The notes: generated from the letters alone by a model not told the origin. DNA of 63,955 nt from a virus (IMGVR_UViG_3300048011_000824:1-63955), one strand, 5' to 3'; counted from the first letter of the stretch, positions 29,492-40,154 are shown. Made by a program: numbers and translations.

Positions 29492-30599
29492 TTTGTAAAT
29501 TTTCTACAAGTCCGTATTCAATCCTCCAGGGCGTTATTCCTTCAGCAGCCCGTTGGTCAAATATAATTGTTGCAGTAGGAACAGTGTCTTTTAAAAGATT
29601 TATAAGAAGATTTTCTTGTTGTACTCTATAATACAAACTATACATCATAGCAGTACCTTCGTAGCAAAATATATTGCTCATATCAATTATCAATCCTTCG
29701 GGATTTTCTTTTGGAATATTTGCAACAAATTCTTGTGGGTTGTTTATTGGATCGCACAAAACTCCTCCTCCGACACTCTCTAATGCTTTAGGATTATAGT
29801 CGTAGTATATTTTATGTGCACTTGGGCTACGCAAATCAGCAGCATGTTTATTAGCAGGCGTTACAAGTGTGTGTATTGGAGTGTTGTACGGTCTTGGGTA
29901 ATTAACAGCATCGCCTGTTGCAGTATCGTGTACGTGTGTTGTAAGGCAATAATTATATTTTTGATATACATAGCTAGTTGTTTCGCCTTTTGTATATAGA
30001 TAAAATTTTCCATCACGCACATTGGTGTTATAAGTTTCGATACGTATATGATTGTTGAGAAATGCACTTATGAGATTCCATCCAGGTAGTTTATGAGCAA
30101 ATGTTTTTTCAATGTCCCCTGGCGCAATCCAAGATGGCAAATAATCATCGTGTATATTATTGTACGAACGAATTGGGTTGTATTGTATATGACTTGAAAA
30201 CGGTTGTTCGTTTCCAAATTTAGGACACCCTAGTTTAACAAATGTTGTTAAATTGATGCTAAAACATTGCGGGTGCAAGCCATAATATGCATCACTACCG
30301 TCGAGGATATGTCCTATCAAATGGTATTCGTTAGGGTGATTATCAAAAAATGTTGATCCGTTGATAAACTCTGTGCCGGCACTTATTACAACGGCATATT
30401 TGTAGTTTTTACTTGCATACTGTAATAGCAAATCAACGCTTTTGTGTTCTAGTACATCGTAGCCCATGCCAGTAAGATTGCTAATTGTATAATCTGCACG
30501 ATTTATAACCAGCTGGCGATCGTGTGTATACTTGTCAATATCATTTACAATGCACACACATGTTGTGTTACTTTCAAACTTGGCTTGATATATGTTCAT
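29451..30599 (-). CDS. Hypothetical protein
   Basis: 382-aa ORF coupled to the upstream oxygenase gene; no motif recognised with confidence. Confidence 0.7.
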   Translation of the reverse strand: MNIYQAKFESNTTCVCIVNDIDKYTHDRQLVINRADYTISNLTGMGYDVLEHKSVDLLLQYASKNYKYAVVISAGTEFINGSTFFDNHPNEYHLIGHILDGSDAYYGLHPQCFSINLTTFVKLGCPKFGNEQPFSSHIQYNPIRSYNNIHDDYLPSWIAPGDIEKTFAHKLPGWNLISAFLNNHIRIETYNTNVRDGKFYLYTKGETTSYVYQKYNYCLTTHVHDTATGDAVNYPRPYNTPIHTLVTPANKHAADLRSPSAHKIYYDYNPKALESVGGGVLCDPINNPQEFVANIPKENPEGLIIDMSNIFCYEGTAMMYSLYYRVQQENLLINLLKDTVPTATIIFDQRAAEGITPWRIEYGLVENLQTTDFDCLNLPSWH

Positions 30600-31320
30600 G
30601 CTGTTGTTTGTAACTTTCTACAATAAGTTTCATAAATTCTTGTTTACGACTGCCCAAGTAACAATGTGCAATTATATGCAATCTGTCTTTGTTGCTGTTG
30701 TTGACTACACTATGATCATTGAAAATATTTACAAGAAACATTTTTCCGTTGCTAAATGGAACACATCCTTGATCTTTCAATGTCATGTGACACTCGCTAG
30801 GATGATCAACAGCAATATTAACAGGCAACGGCCAGTTAAAAATATTTTCTTCAGTTATCATTGGCGTGTAATCGTTGTGAGGTGAAATCCATCCGCCGGC
30901 TTCTAGTTTCATAAATCTAATTCTTGCATAACGTTCTGCTGGAAATGTTTCGTTAAAAAAAGATTTTATGCTGGCGGTTTTATTTCCTAGTTCGGTCCAA
31001 CTGTAATCAGGTTCTTTTCCTTGCACATAAGTGCGCCAGTCATTTGTTTTGTCAGTACCTAATCCGTGTAATGCACAGCTCTCCCATCCTTGATGAGTGC
31101 CTTCGCCTGATGATTCGTCTCTATGAGGAACATAATATTCTTTGGCTGCTGTTGCATCTTGCTGCCAATCTTCTACGTCAAACTTGCAATTCAGTTCTAC
31201 CCAGTGATACCCGTTTCCAGTTAGTATCCATTTTACTTGACTTTCAATATCGTAATCCGGAAGTGGCTTTAATACAACAGGAGTGTCTTTGTGTGCATTA
31301 TAAAAGTCTAAATGATCCAT
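30574..31320 (-). CDS. 2OG-Fe(II) oxygenase, aspartyl/asparaginyl beta-hydroxylase-like
   Basis: RIRFMKL..GG.I.PHND (HxD) and HSVVN.S..DRLHII (distal His and 2OG-binding Arg). Confidence 0.8.
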   Translation of the reverse strand: MDHLDFYNAHKDTPVVLKPLPDYDIESQVKWILTGNGYHWVELNCKFDVEDWQQDATAAKEYYVPHRDESSGEGTHQGWESCALHGLGTDKTNDWRTYVQGKEPDYSWTELGNKTASIKSFFNETFPAERYARIRFMKLEAGGWISPHNDYTPMITEENIFNWPLPVNIAVDHPSECHMTLKDQGCVPFSNGKMFLVNIFNDHSVVNNSNKDRLHIIAHCYLGSRKQEFMKLIVESYKQQHEHISSQV

Positions 31321-31324
31321 ATGG

Positions 31325-31354
31325 TATTTATATCATTAACTGCGCACATAAATA
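31325..31354. promoter_or_regulatory. Back-to-back late-type promoters feeding leaderless starts
   Basis: TATAAATA on - (31332-31325) is 4 nt before ATG 31320. TAAATA on + (31349-31354) is 4 nt before GTG 31359. Neither gene has an SD. Confidence 0.6.
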
Positions 31355-31358
31355 AAAA

Positions 31359-32387
31359 GTGTTTAGTTTTGATCAATTACAAAGTGTACATATAGAAATT
31401 ACCAATCGCTGCCAAGCAAAGTGTCCAATGTGCAGCAGGAATCATCACGGTGGATTGACTAATCCGTTGCTCAAAGAATCAGATTGGATTATTGCAGATT
31501 TTAAAAGAATCTTCACGCCTAGAGTAAAAAAACAAATTGATAAAGTAACATTTTGTGGAAATTTTGGCGACCCTTTGCTAAACTTTCATTTTGTACAAAT
31601 GCTTGACCATATAAAAGATGACAACATCTACGTTGACATACACACAAACGGCAGTTTGCGTAATAGAGATTTTTGGAAAACTTTACCAAAGCATTTGCCA
31701 GCAGAGCATAAAGTAGTATTTGCAATAGATGGCTTGGCCGATACTCACAGCAGATATAGAATAAACACTGACTTTGACAAAATAATCAACAATGCAAGAA
31801 CTTTCATTAATGCAGGCGGCACTGCTGAATGGAGTATGATACGCTTTGCACACAATGCTCATCAAGTTGATGCAGCAAAAGCAGTATCCGAATATTACAA
31901 GTTTAAATATTTTACTGTAAAAAACAGCAGTAGATTTGCATTAGGAAATACATTTGATGTGTTGGATAACTCTGGCAATGTAGTAGATACACTTGAGCCG
32001 CATGTACCCGAGCCCGAAATTGATATTGAAAAAATACCTGCAATAATAGAGCAGAGTGTGATTGATTGCTGGGCTAAGAAACAAAACGAAGTATACATTG
32101 ACGCACACCTAGATTTAATGCCTTGCTGTTTTTTAGCAAGTATTCCTTATAACTATTTTACTAGTAGTGATAAATTTTCTAATACAAAAAACTCAATTCG
32201 AGAACAGTATAAAAATCTAATCAAAGAGTTAGGAAACACTAGTATGCACAATTATTCAATTGAACAAATACTAAGTCGTCCTAGTTATTCTCAAGTTTGG
32301 ACAAAATACTGGACTACGCAGAAATTAATCACTTGTGCAAGAACCTGCGGCAATATAGTTAAAACACCTAGTCAACAATATTCTTAA
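31359..32387 (+). CDS. Radical SAM protein, family C (C-terminal SPASM-like)
   Basis: HIEITNRCQAKCPMC, CGNFGDP, TNGS and FAIDGL..T...YR; C-terminal C...PCC...CARTC. Confidence 0.9.
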   Translation: MFSFDQLQSVHIEITNRCQAKCPMCSRNHHGGLTNPLLKESDWIIADFKRIFTPRVKKQIDKVTFCGNFGDPLLNFHFVQMLDHIKDDNIYVDIHTNGSLRNRDFWKTLPKHLPAEHKVVFAIDGLADTHSRYRINTDFDKIINNARTFINAGGTAEWSMIRFAHNAHQVDAAKAVSEYYKFKYFTVKNSSRFALGNTFDVLDNSGNVVDTLEPHVPEPEIDIEKIPAIIEQSVIDCWAKKQNEVYIDAHLDLMPCCFLASIPYNYFTSSDKFSNTKNSIREQYKNLIKELGNTSMHNYSIEQILSRPSYSQVWTKYWTTQKLITCARTCGNIVKTPSQQYS

Positions 32388-33420
32388 ACATAGCTAGTGT
32401 TTTTGCTTTAGGCACACACATTCCGCAACCACAACGTTGATTAGGACAACGTATTATAGCATTTCTATTTTCGTATGCATATGTTAGTATACCTTCTGTA
32501 TTATTCAAGTTGCCAATTGCTCCAACTCTGTCGCTAAATGTTGCTTTGCATGTTTGATGGTGGTACACTTTTCCTGTATGTTCGTCGATGTGCAAGAAGT
32601 AATTGTTTACTGCACAATACCAGTCTTTGAAATTGGTGTTTACAGCTTCAACTTTGTTCCAGCAACCATTGCAACTGCCTTCAATACTTCTAGCACCGCA
32701 ACACCCTCTTGGCAATTCGTGTCCTCCTGCAATTTTTTCAGCTAAATCCAATGGTAATCCCTTTTGCTTCAAGTACCATTGTTGCTGTTGTACAGTGTAT
32801 TCGTGACTGGTTCTACGCTGACTGCCATCTGTGTCTGTAAACCAGTTGGTAAATCCAATGTTTCCATCACCGATAATAGTAGGTTTGCTATCAATACCTA
32901 GTGATACAAGATGTTCGTGTACTTCTACACACTCATTCCAGTAGTCGACATGCATCATTACATTTACTGTAAGCCACATGCCTGCTTGTTTTACCAGTTC
33001 AGCATTGCGTATGGTGCGTTTTTTTAAAGTTTCGTGTGCTTCTGCGTGATAGCTGAGTGTAATGCCTACAAAATTTTCTTTGATAAAGTCAATATGTCGC
33101 TCAGGCCAAGTTCCGTTGCTGGTCATTCCAACTTGAAATTCAGTTTCGTTGTTGATTTTGGTAACCAGATTCCAAAATTCTGGATTAACTGTTGGTTCCC
33201 CGCCTGTAAACCCTATATTCGCATTTGGTTGATTGTATAAATTTGTGTAATCTTTGATAAAATTTAATGTGTGCTCTAAATTATGCTTTGCAGTTGGCGG
33301 ACTGTAAGTGTCATGTCTTGTGCTTTCGCAGTAAGTGCAATCAAAATTGCATCTACGTCCAATATCCCAAGTTACCATCATTGGCTCGGGCTTGGATAAT
33401 TTAATTGCATCTATTTCCAT
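32368..33420 (-). CDS. Radical SAM protein, family B (extra Cys-rich insert)
   Basis: Likely start is the ATG at 33420. CNFDCTYC, TGGEPT and SYHAE; RGCC..SCNGC insert; HHQTC and CPNQRCGCGMCVPKAK. Confidence 0.9.
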   Translation of the reverse strand: MEIDAIKLSKPEPMMVTWDIGRRCNFDCTYCESTRHDTYSPPTAKHNLEHTLNFIKDYTNLYNQPNANIGFTGGEPTVNPEFWNLVTKINNETEFQVGMTSNGTWPERHIDFIKENFVGITLSYHAEAHETLKKRTIRNAELVKQAGMWLTVNVMMHVDYWNECVEVHEHLVSLGIDSKPTIIGDGNIGFTNWFTDTDGSQRRTSHEYTVQQQQWYLKQKGLPLDLAEKIAGGHELPRGCCGARSIEGSCNGCWNKVEAVNTNFKDWYCAVNNYFLHIDEHTGKVYHHQTCKATFSDRVGAIGNLNNTEGILTYAYENRNAIIRCPNQRCGCGMCVPKAKTLAMFKNIVD

Positions 33421-34307
33421 TTTGTTATATTCACATCTGCTGCACAAGTACACCACTCTCTAGTGCAAATTATTGATTCGTCTGGCATTTCAAAACTGTC
33501 GTCGTATATGTTGCCCAAGCTCCCGCCTACTCTGCATGTAGCTCGATGCACTTCGCCGTCCCAATTGATCATAAGACTCTCTAACCCAGCATTGCAATTC
33601 CAGTCTTTGAACTTGTTTCTATGTTCTTTTATCAAATCGTTTGCATGTACAAGTTCAAAATCGTCTACTAGTGTGTTGGGTTTGGCAGTAGCATTGCATC
33701 TTAGTATCCAGTCTAGGTCTTGCCCGTTGTATTTTAAATCGTCAAACCAGTCGTGCTTTTCTGTCCATCGTATTCTTCTTATAGTAAATGGAATGTTAAA
33801 TCCTGTTAAACGACTGGCAGCTTCTTTCAACTCTTTTATATAGTCGTGATGTGCCATTAGTGCAATATGAAAGTCTTTTGGATGCGACAATGTTTCCGTG
33901 GCAGTTGCAAAGTCAATTATTGTTCTCAGTCTGCGTTTCCAATGTGGATCTTCAAAATGCAAACTAAACACAATATAGTTTACAGGTATACGTTCGTAAA
34001 ATTCCACAGTGCGTGTGCCATTTGTAGTAACACTCAGCCATTGTATTTTACTTCTTGCATAATCAAGCAATTTTTCAAAAGCAGGATGTACAGTAGGCTC
34101 TCCGCCAGTAAAACTTATTCTTGCATTTTTTAATTGTGCAAGTTTGTCAACAGTGTGCATTAATTTGTCTAGTCTAGTGTGCGGACTAAAATTGTCATGT
34201 ATTTCTGCAGGACAGTATGTACAGTCTAAATTACAACGCTTGCCCAAATTCCATTCTATTTTTACACTGTCTTTGTAGTGATTCCATCTGTTTTCTACTT
34301 TAAACAT
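33411..34307 (-). CDS. Radical SAM protein, family B
   Basis: WNLGKRCNLDCTYC and TGGEPT; C-terminal WNCNAG...TC...ICTREWCTC. Confidence 0.9.
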   Translation of the reverse strand: MFKVENRWNHYKDSVKIEWNLGKRCNLDCTYCPAEIHDNFSPHTRLDKLMHTVDKLAQLKNARISFTGGEPTVHPAFEKLLDYARSKIQWLSVTTNGTRTVEFYERIPVNYIVFSLHFEDPHWKRRLRTIIDFATATETLSHPKDFHIALMAHHDYIKELKEAASRLTGFNIPFTIRRIRWTEKHDWFDDLKYNGQDLDWILRCNATAKPNTLVDDFELVHANDLIKEHRNKFKDWNCNAGLESLMINWDGEVHRATCRVGGSLGNIYDDSFEMPDESIICTREWCTCAADVNITKWK

Positions 34308-35545
34308 ATCGATTCAAATGGTCCTTGTTTGCGACTTGCATCTAGCCTGTGATTAAATTCTAATGTTTGCGGCCATTTGTTGCTTAAATCACGTGCTTGT
34401 AAGAAGTTGATATTGTCTTGTATTTGTTGCAATGTCATAGGCAGCAATTGAGGATGCTGATCCATGCACTTCCACGTTTTAACATCAACCAACAGTTTTT
34501 TTAATTTACTTACAACGTCTTCTTTGTATTTAATCGGCAAGCATTGTGCACTTAGTACATTAGGATAATTTACTCTATGTGAATAAAATACAATGCCCAT
34601 TTTGTTTAAAAAGTAATCAATAATCTCTGGTAGCTGTACGATATTGCCTGCTTGTACAGTACATGCACCTACAACATAGTCCACATTAGGAAAACTTTTA
34701 AACACTTTGATGTTATCTTCTATTTCGCTGAACTTGCCGTTGCCTCGAATATACTCGTAGACATCGTGCAAGCCGTCTATGCTTACGTTTACGCTCACCT
34801 TTTTAAACTTGGGCCAGTAGTCGTGTATTGTTCTACCGCCTTTAATACCCGTCACTGTGCCGTTTGTAGCGTACTTTAATTCAATATTGTCGCCGTGGCG
34901 TGCAAGCATGTCTAATATTTTATAATGTGTAGGATCCATCAACGGCTCACCGCCTGCAAATTCTACTCTACGAAAGTAAGGCAATAGTTTTTCTAAGTTT
35001 TCCCAAAAGTCGTCCTTGTTTTCAAACAATCCAATGTACGGTGCTTTGGTTAGTCCAAGTTTTCTCACTGCATCTACAAGATAGTTGCCTTCGTCTTGAT
35101 AAAAACTTTCAACTTCTTCCCAGTCTTTCCATTGTGTACTATCCAACGGGTTGCACATACGACATTTTAAATTGCACAGGTTGTTTATTTTGATTTCTAT
35201 AGTTGGCAATTCAAACGGCATGGTAAAATCGTCTTGCAGACTATCCAGTGCATTAGGATACAAGTTAATACGTGACTCGGGGTAGCTATCTCGTATGTGA
35301 CGCTGTCTTAAACTTTCAACTCCTTGTGCTTCCAAGTCAAAGCAGGGTTTGCACACAGCTGGCTGTTCGTTGCTGAGTACTTGTCTGCGTACAGTACGCA
35401 TAGCATCGTTGTTCCATACTTCTTCTAGTGTTTGATTTTGTATAAATCCAATAGGTTGGCTACGGCAGCATACTTTAATTGCTCCGTCTTCTCGTGTAGC
35501 AAGTCCTGTAAACGGGTGCATACAAAAAGTTTTACTTGAGTGCAT
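34295..35545 (-). CDS. Radical SAM protein, family A
   Basis: Likely start is the ATG at 35545 (MHSSKTFCMHPF). KVCC...CKPC, then CNLKCRMC and FAGGEP. Confidence 0.9.
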   Translation of the reverse strand: MHSSKTFCMHPFTGLATREDGAIKVCCRSQPIGFIQNQTLEEVWNNDAMRTVRRQVLSNEQPAVCKPCFDLEAQGVESLRQRHIRDSYPESRINLYPNALDSLQDDFTMPFELPTIEIKINNLCNLKCRMCNPLDSTQWKDWEEVESFYQDEGNYLVDAVRKLGLTKAPYIGLFENKDDFWENLEKLLPYFRRVEFAGGEPLMDPTHYKILDMLARHGDNIELKYATNGTVTGIKGGRTIHDYWPKFKKVSVNVSIDGLHDVYEYIRGNGKFSEIEDNIKVFKSFPNVDYVVGACTVQAGNIVQLPEIIDYFLNKMGIVFYSHRVNYPNVLSAQCLPIKYKEDVVSKLKKLLVDVKTWKCMDQHPQLLPMTLQQIQDNINFLQARDLSNKWPQTLEFNHRLDASRKQGPFESICLK

Positions 35546-36227
35546 TTTGTATCCCCCATTCTCTTTCTTTGCACCAGAAACATTCTCCGCAGATTGGTAC
35601 ATATTGATATGGGGTGTAGTTTGTGTAATCCAAATCTTCAAATTCGCCTTCGCAGCTACGTGTAATCTCCAACAATTCGCCAATTTCAAAATTCATATAT
35701 TGTTTAATAATCCAGTCTTTGCGAACATTAACAAAAGGATGACATATTTTTGCGCCCATGTGTTCCATTTCAACTGGCAAACTTGCATCGTCTCTGTCGT
35801 TGAGCTTGCCTTCAAAATCTTCAGTTGGATTAAGAGTAACGCCTGCATACCATGCATCTAGTTTAAACATATTTCCAATGTATTCGTTGTGTGCTCGGAG
35901 TATGATTCTGTTACCGGGCTTGAGCGCACCGTATTCGTCTTTGACAAGATATTCTGTGGGCTCCTCTAGTTCCGGCGGTATAAACCCCTCGATGTGTTCT
36001 ATACGATTACTAAAATTTTCTCGAAGCCAGCTTACAACATCTTTGGCAATCCATCGCTGCCAAGGTCGTGTTTTCCACATTCGAACTTGTGTAGTAAAGT
36101 AAATGTCAGCATTTGAATTGCGTAAAATAAGATACGCTAGTAGTGCACTATCAGCACCGCCACTTAAACTAATGCCAATACGTTTCCACTTCGATTCCAA
36201 CGGGATGTAAACTTTATCTATATTCAT
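35532..36227 (-). CDS. QueC-like PP-loop ATPase (7-cyano-7-deazaguanine synthase-like)
   Basis: ISLSGGADS PP-loop, HPF...K..I, and a TRSC...CGECFWCKER zinc motif. Confidence 0.75.
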   Translation of the reverse strand: MNIDKVYIPLESKWKRIGISLSGGADSALLAYLILRNSNADIYFTTQVRMWKTRPWQRWIAKDVVSWLRENFSNRIEHIEGFIPPELEEPTEYLVKDEYGALKPGNRIILRAHNEYIGNMFKLDAWYAGVTLNPTEDFEGKLNDRDDASLPVEMEHMGAKICHPFVNVRKDWIIKQYMNFEIGELLEITRSCEGEFEDLDYTNYTPYQYVPICGECFWCKEREWGIQNALK

Positions 36228-37033
36228 TAGTAATGTTTTAAATGTCCTATGCCGATACGCTGCCTAAAGTCTTGTGTAAATTTGCAATCAATACGCAACC
36301 CGTATTCTTGTTCCATACTAAATTCACCACCGTGCCAGTCTTGGTCGTTAAAAAAACATGCATGACTGTTGACATAATGTTTGCGTTTGTATTCAGGATC
36401 CCAAATATAAAATCCACGCTGTGTGTTTGGTCGAATGTGTATAAACTCTATGTTGTGATCAGTATAATTTCTAGTGTCTGCATCTAAATCTCTATGCTCA
36501 AAAGGCTTGCTACTACTTGCACTAACAAAAAATATTACTCTACCTATGTGTTCAACTATACCATCTTGTTTTAGTTTGTTGACCCATTGCATAACGCCGG
36601 GAAAATATTTTGCCTCAGGCGTTTCGTGTCTTTCTTCAGCGCCTCTATCTTTCATATTGGTGCCTTCTTCACGCAATACATAATAAATGTAAGGATCGTG
36701 TGCACCTAGCGTAGTAGACAAATATCGTACAAACACATTACGTTGTTTGTAATCACTAAAATCTTTGGGAAATATTTTATCACCTTCGATTCGTATTGGA
36801 TCATCGGCTTCTAATTGTTGATATTCTTCAAATGCTTTGTACACAGGCTTCCAATTTGCAATATAGCTCATATCGTCAAAGTCAAATCCTGGTTTCATCC
36901 AAGTTCCTTCTTTGGCAAATTCTCGTGCTTGTGCCATGCCTCTTGCAATTTCGGCATGTAAACTTTGAAATCCGTTGATATCTAAAAACGGATCTAAATC
37001 TATATAGGGTAAGTTTTCGAATCCTCGTATCAT
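36227..37033 (-). CDS. Putative 2OG-Fe(II) oxygenase
   Basis: GRVIFF......FEHRD (HxD) and FNDQDWHGG.....GLRID (distal His and Arg). Confidence 0.55.
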   Translation of the reverse strand: MIRGFENLPYIDLDPFLDINGFQSLHAEIARGMAQAREFAKEGTWMKPGFDFDDMSYIANWKPVYKAFEEYQQLEADDPIRIEGDKIFPKDFSDYKQRNVFVRYLSTTLGAHDPYIYYVLREEGTNMKDRGAEERHETPEAKYFPGVMQWVNKLKQDGIVEHIGRVIFFVSASSSKPFEHRDLDADTRNYTDHNIEFIHIRPNTQRGFYIWDPEYKRKHYVNSHACFFNDQDWHGGEFSMEQEYGLRIDCKFTQDFRQRIGIGHLKHY

Positions 37034-37038
37034 ACAAT

Positions 37039-37055
37039 TACTTATATATTAAATA
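37039..37055. promoter_or_regulatory. Back-to-back late-type promoters feeding leaderless starts
   Basis: TATAAGTA on - (37046-37039) is 5 nt before ATG 37033. TAAATA on + (37050-37055) is 4 nt before ATG 37060. Confidence 0.6.
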
Positions 37056-37059
37056 CAGT

Positions 37060-37716
37060 ATGATAACTAACACTGAATTTACAACAACCTCTGATAAACT
37101 TTTGCAAGCAAATGCACTTTGTCAACACATGGAAGGAAAAACTGTTATCAATCGTCCTACAGGAAATTTCTTTTATGATCCTTGGGAAATATTACCAGAG
37201 TACAAAGATACAGTATTTGAAGAATTGCTTGCACCATTAGAAAACATTGGCGAAGCAAGAATTGTAAAACAAGAGTCTGGCACTTGCTATTATGCACACA
37301 GCGATGTGGACGACAGATATCATTTAAACATCAGTGGCGATTGCGCTTGTCTATTAGACTTGGATAAAAACACAATGTATCCGTTGGAGTCTGATGGAAA
37401 ATATTACCTAATGAACGCAGGAAAAAATCACAGTGCTGCTAACTTTGGACAATACCCGAGATATCAACTTGTAGTTCGTAAACTATTGCAACGTGCAGGC
37501 TGGGTATATGAAACAATTGAGATACACGGCGGCGGCAACAATCCCAGGTTTGTGTTTGACAAATACATTAGTCCAATACTCAATGATATGAACAAACGGA
37601 ATGTAATGAACAATTTTCAAGTTCTTGAAACAGGTGTTCGTTTAACAACAAATAATTTTTGGGCAGAAACTTTAAAAAGCGTTTTGCCTATTGGATTTAA
37701 GATAGTTAAGCACTAA
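37060..37716 (+). CDS. 2OG-Fe(II) oxygenase, Asp/Asn beta-hydroxylase-like
   Basis: GEARI......CYYAHSDVDDRYH and MNAG..HSAANFG...RYQLVVR. Confidence 0.7.
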   Translation: MITNTEFTTTSDKLLQANALCQHMEGKTVINRPTGNFFYDPWEILPEYKDTVFEELLAPLENIGEARIVKQESGTCYYAHSDVDDRYHLNISGDCACLLDLDKNTMYPLESDGKYYLMNAGKNHSAANFGQYPRYQLVVRKLLQRAGWVYETIEIHGGGNNPRFVFDKYISPILNDMNKRNVMNNFQVLETGVRLTTNNFWAETLKSVLPIGFKIVKH

Positions 37717-39090
37717 TTTTTGTGTGTTGTTTGGTATGTCTTGTTTAAATTTTGACATATCGCAATCCCAAGTTGTTGCAAGTTGTGCCCACATATAATC
37801 AGGAAACATGCTATACCAATGCGATACATATTCTAACGTGTTGTCTTTGTATTTTTTATATACTAAATCAGCATGATTATCTCTTACACCAATTTTGCGC
37901 ATATCTTGCCAGAATTTATTTGTGCCTTTGTTGCACAATGTGTAGTGTACTAAAATAAAAAGTGCAGTGTCGTCGAACCCGGCTGGTATAATATCATCAA
38001 ATAAATTGTTGTTTTGGTAACGTATTGTATCAATTGCTCGGTGTACAGTGGCTAGTGTATGCCATATAGCATTTGCTTCCATAGGTTCAACAAATCCTGC
38101 TGTTAGACCTATTGCAAAAACATTTCCAGCTCTTGGGTTTTTTAATCTTCCAGGTTTCCACTTTAACAACCTAGGCTGTGCTATATTATTACACTCAACA
38201 GTTTTAAAATATGCAAGCATTTTGTCGTCATCAAAATACTCATCACTGTACACAAGACCGGATCCGGTGCGATCTTTTAAATCAATTTTAAATTGCCAGC
38301 CATAGTCGTGTCTAATACTTTGTGTATAGTATTTTGTGCCTTCATTTTTTAACGGCATTACCCATGCACTATTAACTTTATTGTCTTTGTATTCTACAAA
38401 AGAATCATCTACATTATTAACAAGCAATCGATTAAAGCCTGTGCAATCAAGCCAATAATCTGATGTAATTACTTCATTGTTTACTTTTACACTTTGTACA
38501 CCGTCTGAATTTGTTTTAACATTTGTAACAGTACCTTCGATAAACTTTACACCAAGTGGTTTTGAAATATTTTCTATTACCCAATTGCTTATACTATGTG
38601 CATCGATGTGATGCGATATTGACAACGGCTGTTTTGCAGATGTAGGTACAATGTTATTTTCCATAAAATTGTGCAACTCGTACCAACTAGATTGAAAATT
38701 ATCTGTGTGGCCATTTAAAAACAAATTTACAGCAACATCGAGTGTACTAAGTTGATTGACATCTCTGTTTATGTAAGTTTCTAAATCGTATTGATCAATA
38801 CTGTCTAATTGTTTATTGTAAGTAAATCCAAAATGCTGATCTTGTTCCGTCCATCCTTGGAAACAATTTGAAAGTTTCCATTCACTGTTTACACCTTGCA
38901 TCCAAACTGACTGGTCAACTCCAAACCTTTGTAAAAACGCCCATATATGCGGAGTAACACTTTCTCCTACTCCTATTGTAGGAATTTCTTTGCTGTAAAT
39001 TTGTACAACTTCTGCTTTGGGGAAGTTTTTCTTAGCCCATGCACCAGCAAATGCTCCAGCAGTACCGGCTCCTACAACTGTAATTTTCAT
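37672..39090 (-). CDS. Flavin-dependent (tryptophan halogenase/PrnA-like) halogenase
   Basis: VVGAGTAG, PTIGVGES, the catalytic-Lys region WKLS..FQGW, DCTGF, GWQFKI and GFVEPMEA. Confidence 0.85.
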   Translation of the reverse strand: MKITVVGAGTAGAFAGAWAKKNFPKAEVVQIYSKEIPTIGVGESVTPHIWAFLQRFGVDQSVWMQGVNSEWKLSNCFQGWTEQDQHFGFTYNKQLDSIDQYDLETYINRDVNQLSTLDVAVNLFLNGHTDNFQSSWYELHNFMENNIVPTSAKQPLSISHHIDAHSISNWVIENISKPLGVKFIEGTVTNVKTNSDGVQSVKVNNEVITSDYWLDCTGFNRLLVNNVDDSFVEYKDNKVNSAWVMPLKNEGTKYYTQSIRHDYGWQFKIDLKDRTGSGLVYSDEYFDDDKMLAYFKTVECNNIAQPRLLKWKPGRLKNPRAGNVFAIGLTAGFVEPMEANAIWHTLATVHRAIDTIRYQNNNLFDDIIPAGFDDTALFILVHYTLCNKGTNKFWQDMRKIGVRDNHADLVYKKYKDNTLEYVSHWYSMFPDYMWAQLATTWDCDMSKFKQDIPNNTQKLVLNYLKSNRQNAF

Positions 39091-40154
39091 AACACTTGTG
39101 TACGAACAACTTTTCTAAGATTGTCGTCTACTGCAATATGCGGAACTTTTTTAATTCTAAATCTTTGAATATAGGAAAACTGTTCTTTGATTTTTTCGAT
39201 ATTGGATAAATCGCCAGTATAATGCAACACAATTCTATCGTTGACTTCTTGGCATAACGCAGCTTCTGCTCCGTTCTTGATTGCTTCTTTTTCTAATACT
39301 TCAGGATAAATGCGTGTGCCACACTCTCCTAATTTTAACATATTCAGTTTACGGCCTTTGAATACAAAACGATTTGCATCGCCTTCTACTACATCACCAC
39401 TTAGCCACCAATCTTTTTGCGAACTCCATTTGCAACAAATTTGGCTGTCTTCAATTTTAAAGTCAACGCCAGGAGTAACACAATCGAGGCCATATGTGTT
39501 TGGCTCCTCACTTAACAGTGTTACCGGAGGCACTTCGGTACATCCGTATGCATTGTATACTTTTTGTGCACCGTGCTCACGCAGTTCTTCTAACATTCCG
39601 TCTGGTGTAAATTCAACTGCCGTCATTAAACTGTCTAAACTACTCATATCTAGTTCTTTCCAACGAGGATGCTGATGCAATGTTCTCCAGATTACCGGAA
39701 GTATGAGAGAATGTGTCGGTCGAATTTCGTGCACTCTATCAATGTAGCTTAGGCCTGTAAAATTTTCAATATGTAGCTCGCAACCTAGCTTTGCTGCAAT
39801 CCAAGTACTAACTGGATAAAACGCAATCCCTCTTGGTGAATAATAACTCATTAGCCGACTGTTTTTGTCCAAGTTAAACAATTTAATGTTTGCGTCAACA
39901 ACTTGTTCAATTACTTCTCTAGTATGGCTGATTTGTTTAGGGTGTCCTGTAGTTCCACTTGTTGATAAATTCAAAAACCCATTGCCTTTGTGTCCCCAGC
40001 TTAGTGTACAATTATCGCCATACCATGCAGACAGTGTGTTGTAAACGTTTGGCAACCAATCCATGCTATCGCAGAAAAAGTTTTGATTTTTATGACCAAG
40101 GGTTGAATTCATAAATGTGTTGTCTAGCTTTTCGCCATTGATAAAAAGTTTCAT
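39087..40154 (-). CDS. AMP-binding (ANL superfamily) adenylating enzyme, short form
   Basis: STSGTTGHPK P-loop, NAYGCTE, SGD...FKGR...IYPE.LE and a C-terminal Lys. Confidence 0.75.
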   Translation of the reverse strand: MKLFINGEKLDNTFMNSTLGHKNQNFFCDSMDWLPNVYNTLSAWYGDNCTLSWGHKGNGFLNLSTSGTTGHPKQISHTREVIEQVVDANIKLFNLDKNSRLMSYYSPRGIAFYPVSTWIAAKLGCELHIENFTGLSYIDRVHEIRPTHSLILPVIWRTLHQHPRWKELDMSSLDSLMTAVEFTPDGMLEELREHGAQKVYNAYGCTEVPPVTLLSEEPNTYGLDCVTPGVDFKIEDSQICCKWSSQKDWWLSGDVVEGDANRFVFKGRKLNMLKLGECGTRIYPEVLEKEAIKNGAEAALCQEVNDRIVLHYTGDLSNIEKIKEQFSYIQRFRIKKVPHIAVDDNLRKVVRTQVL

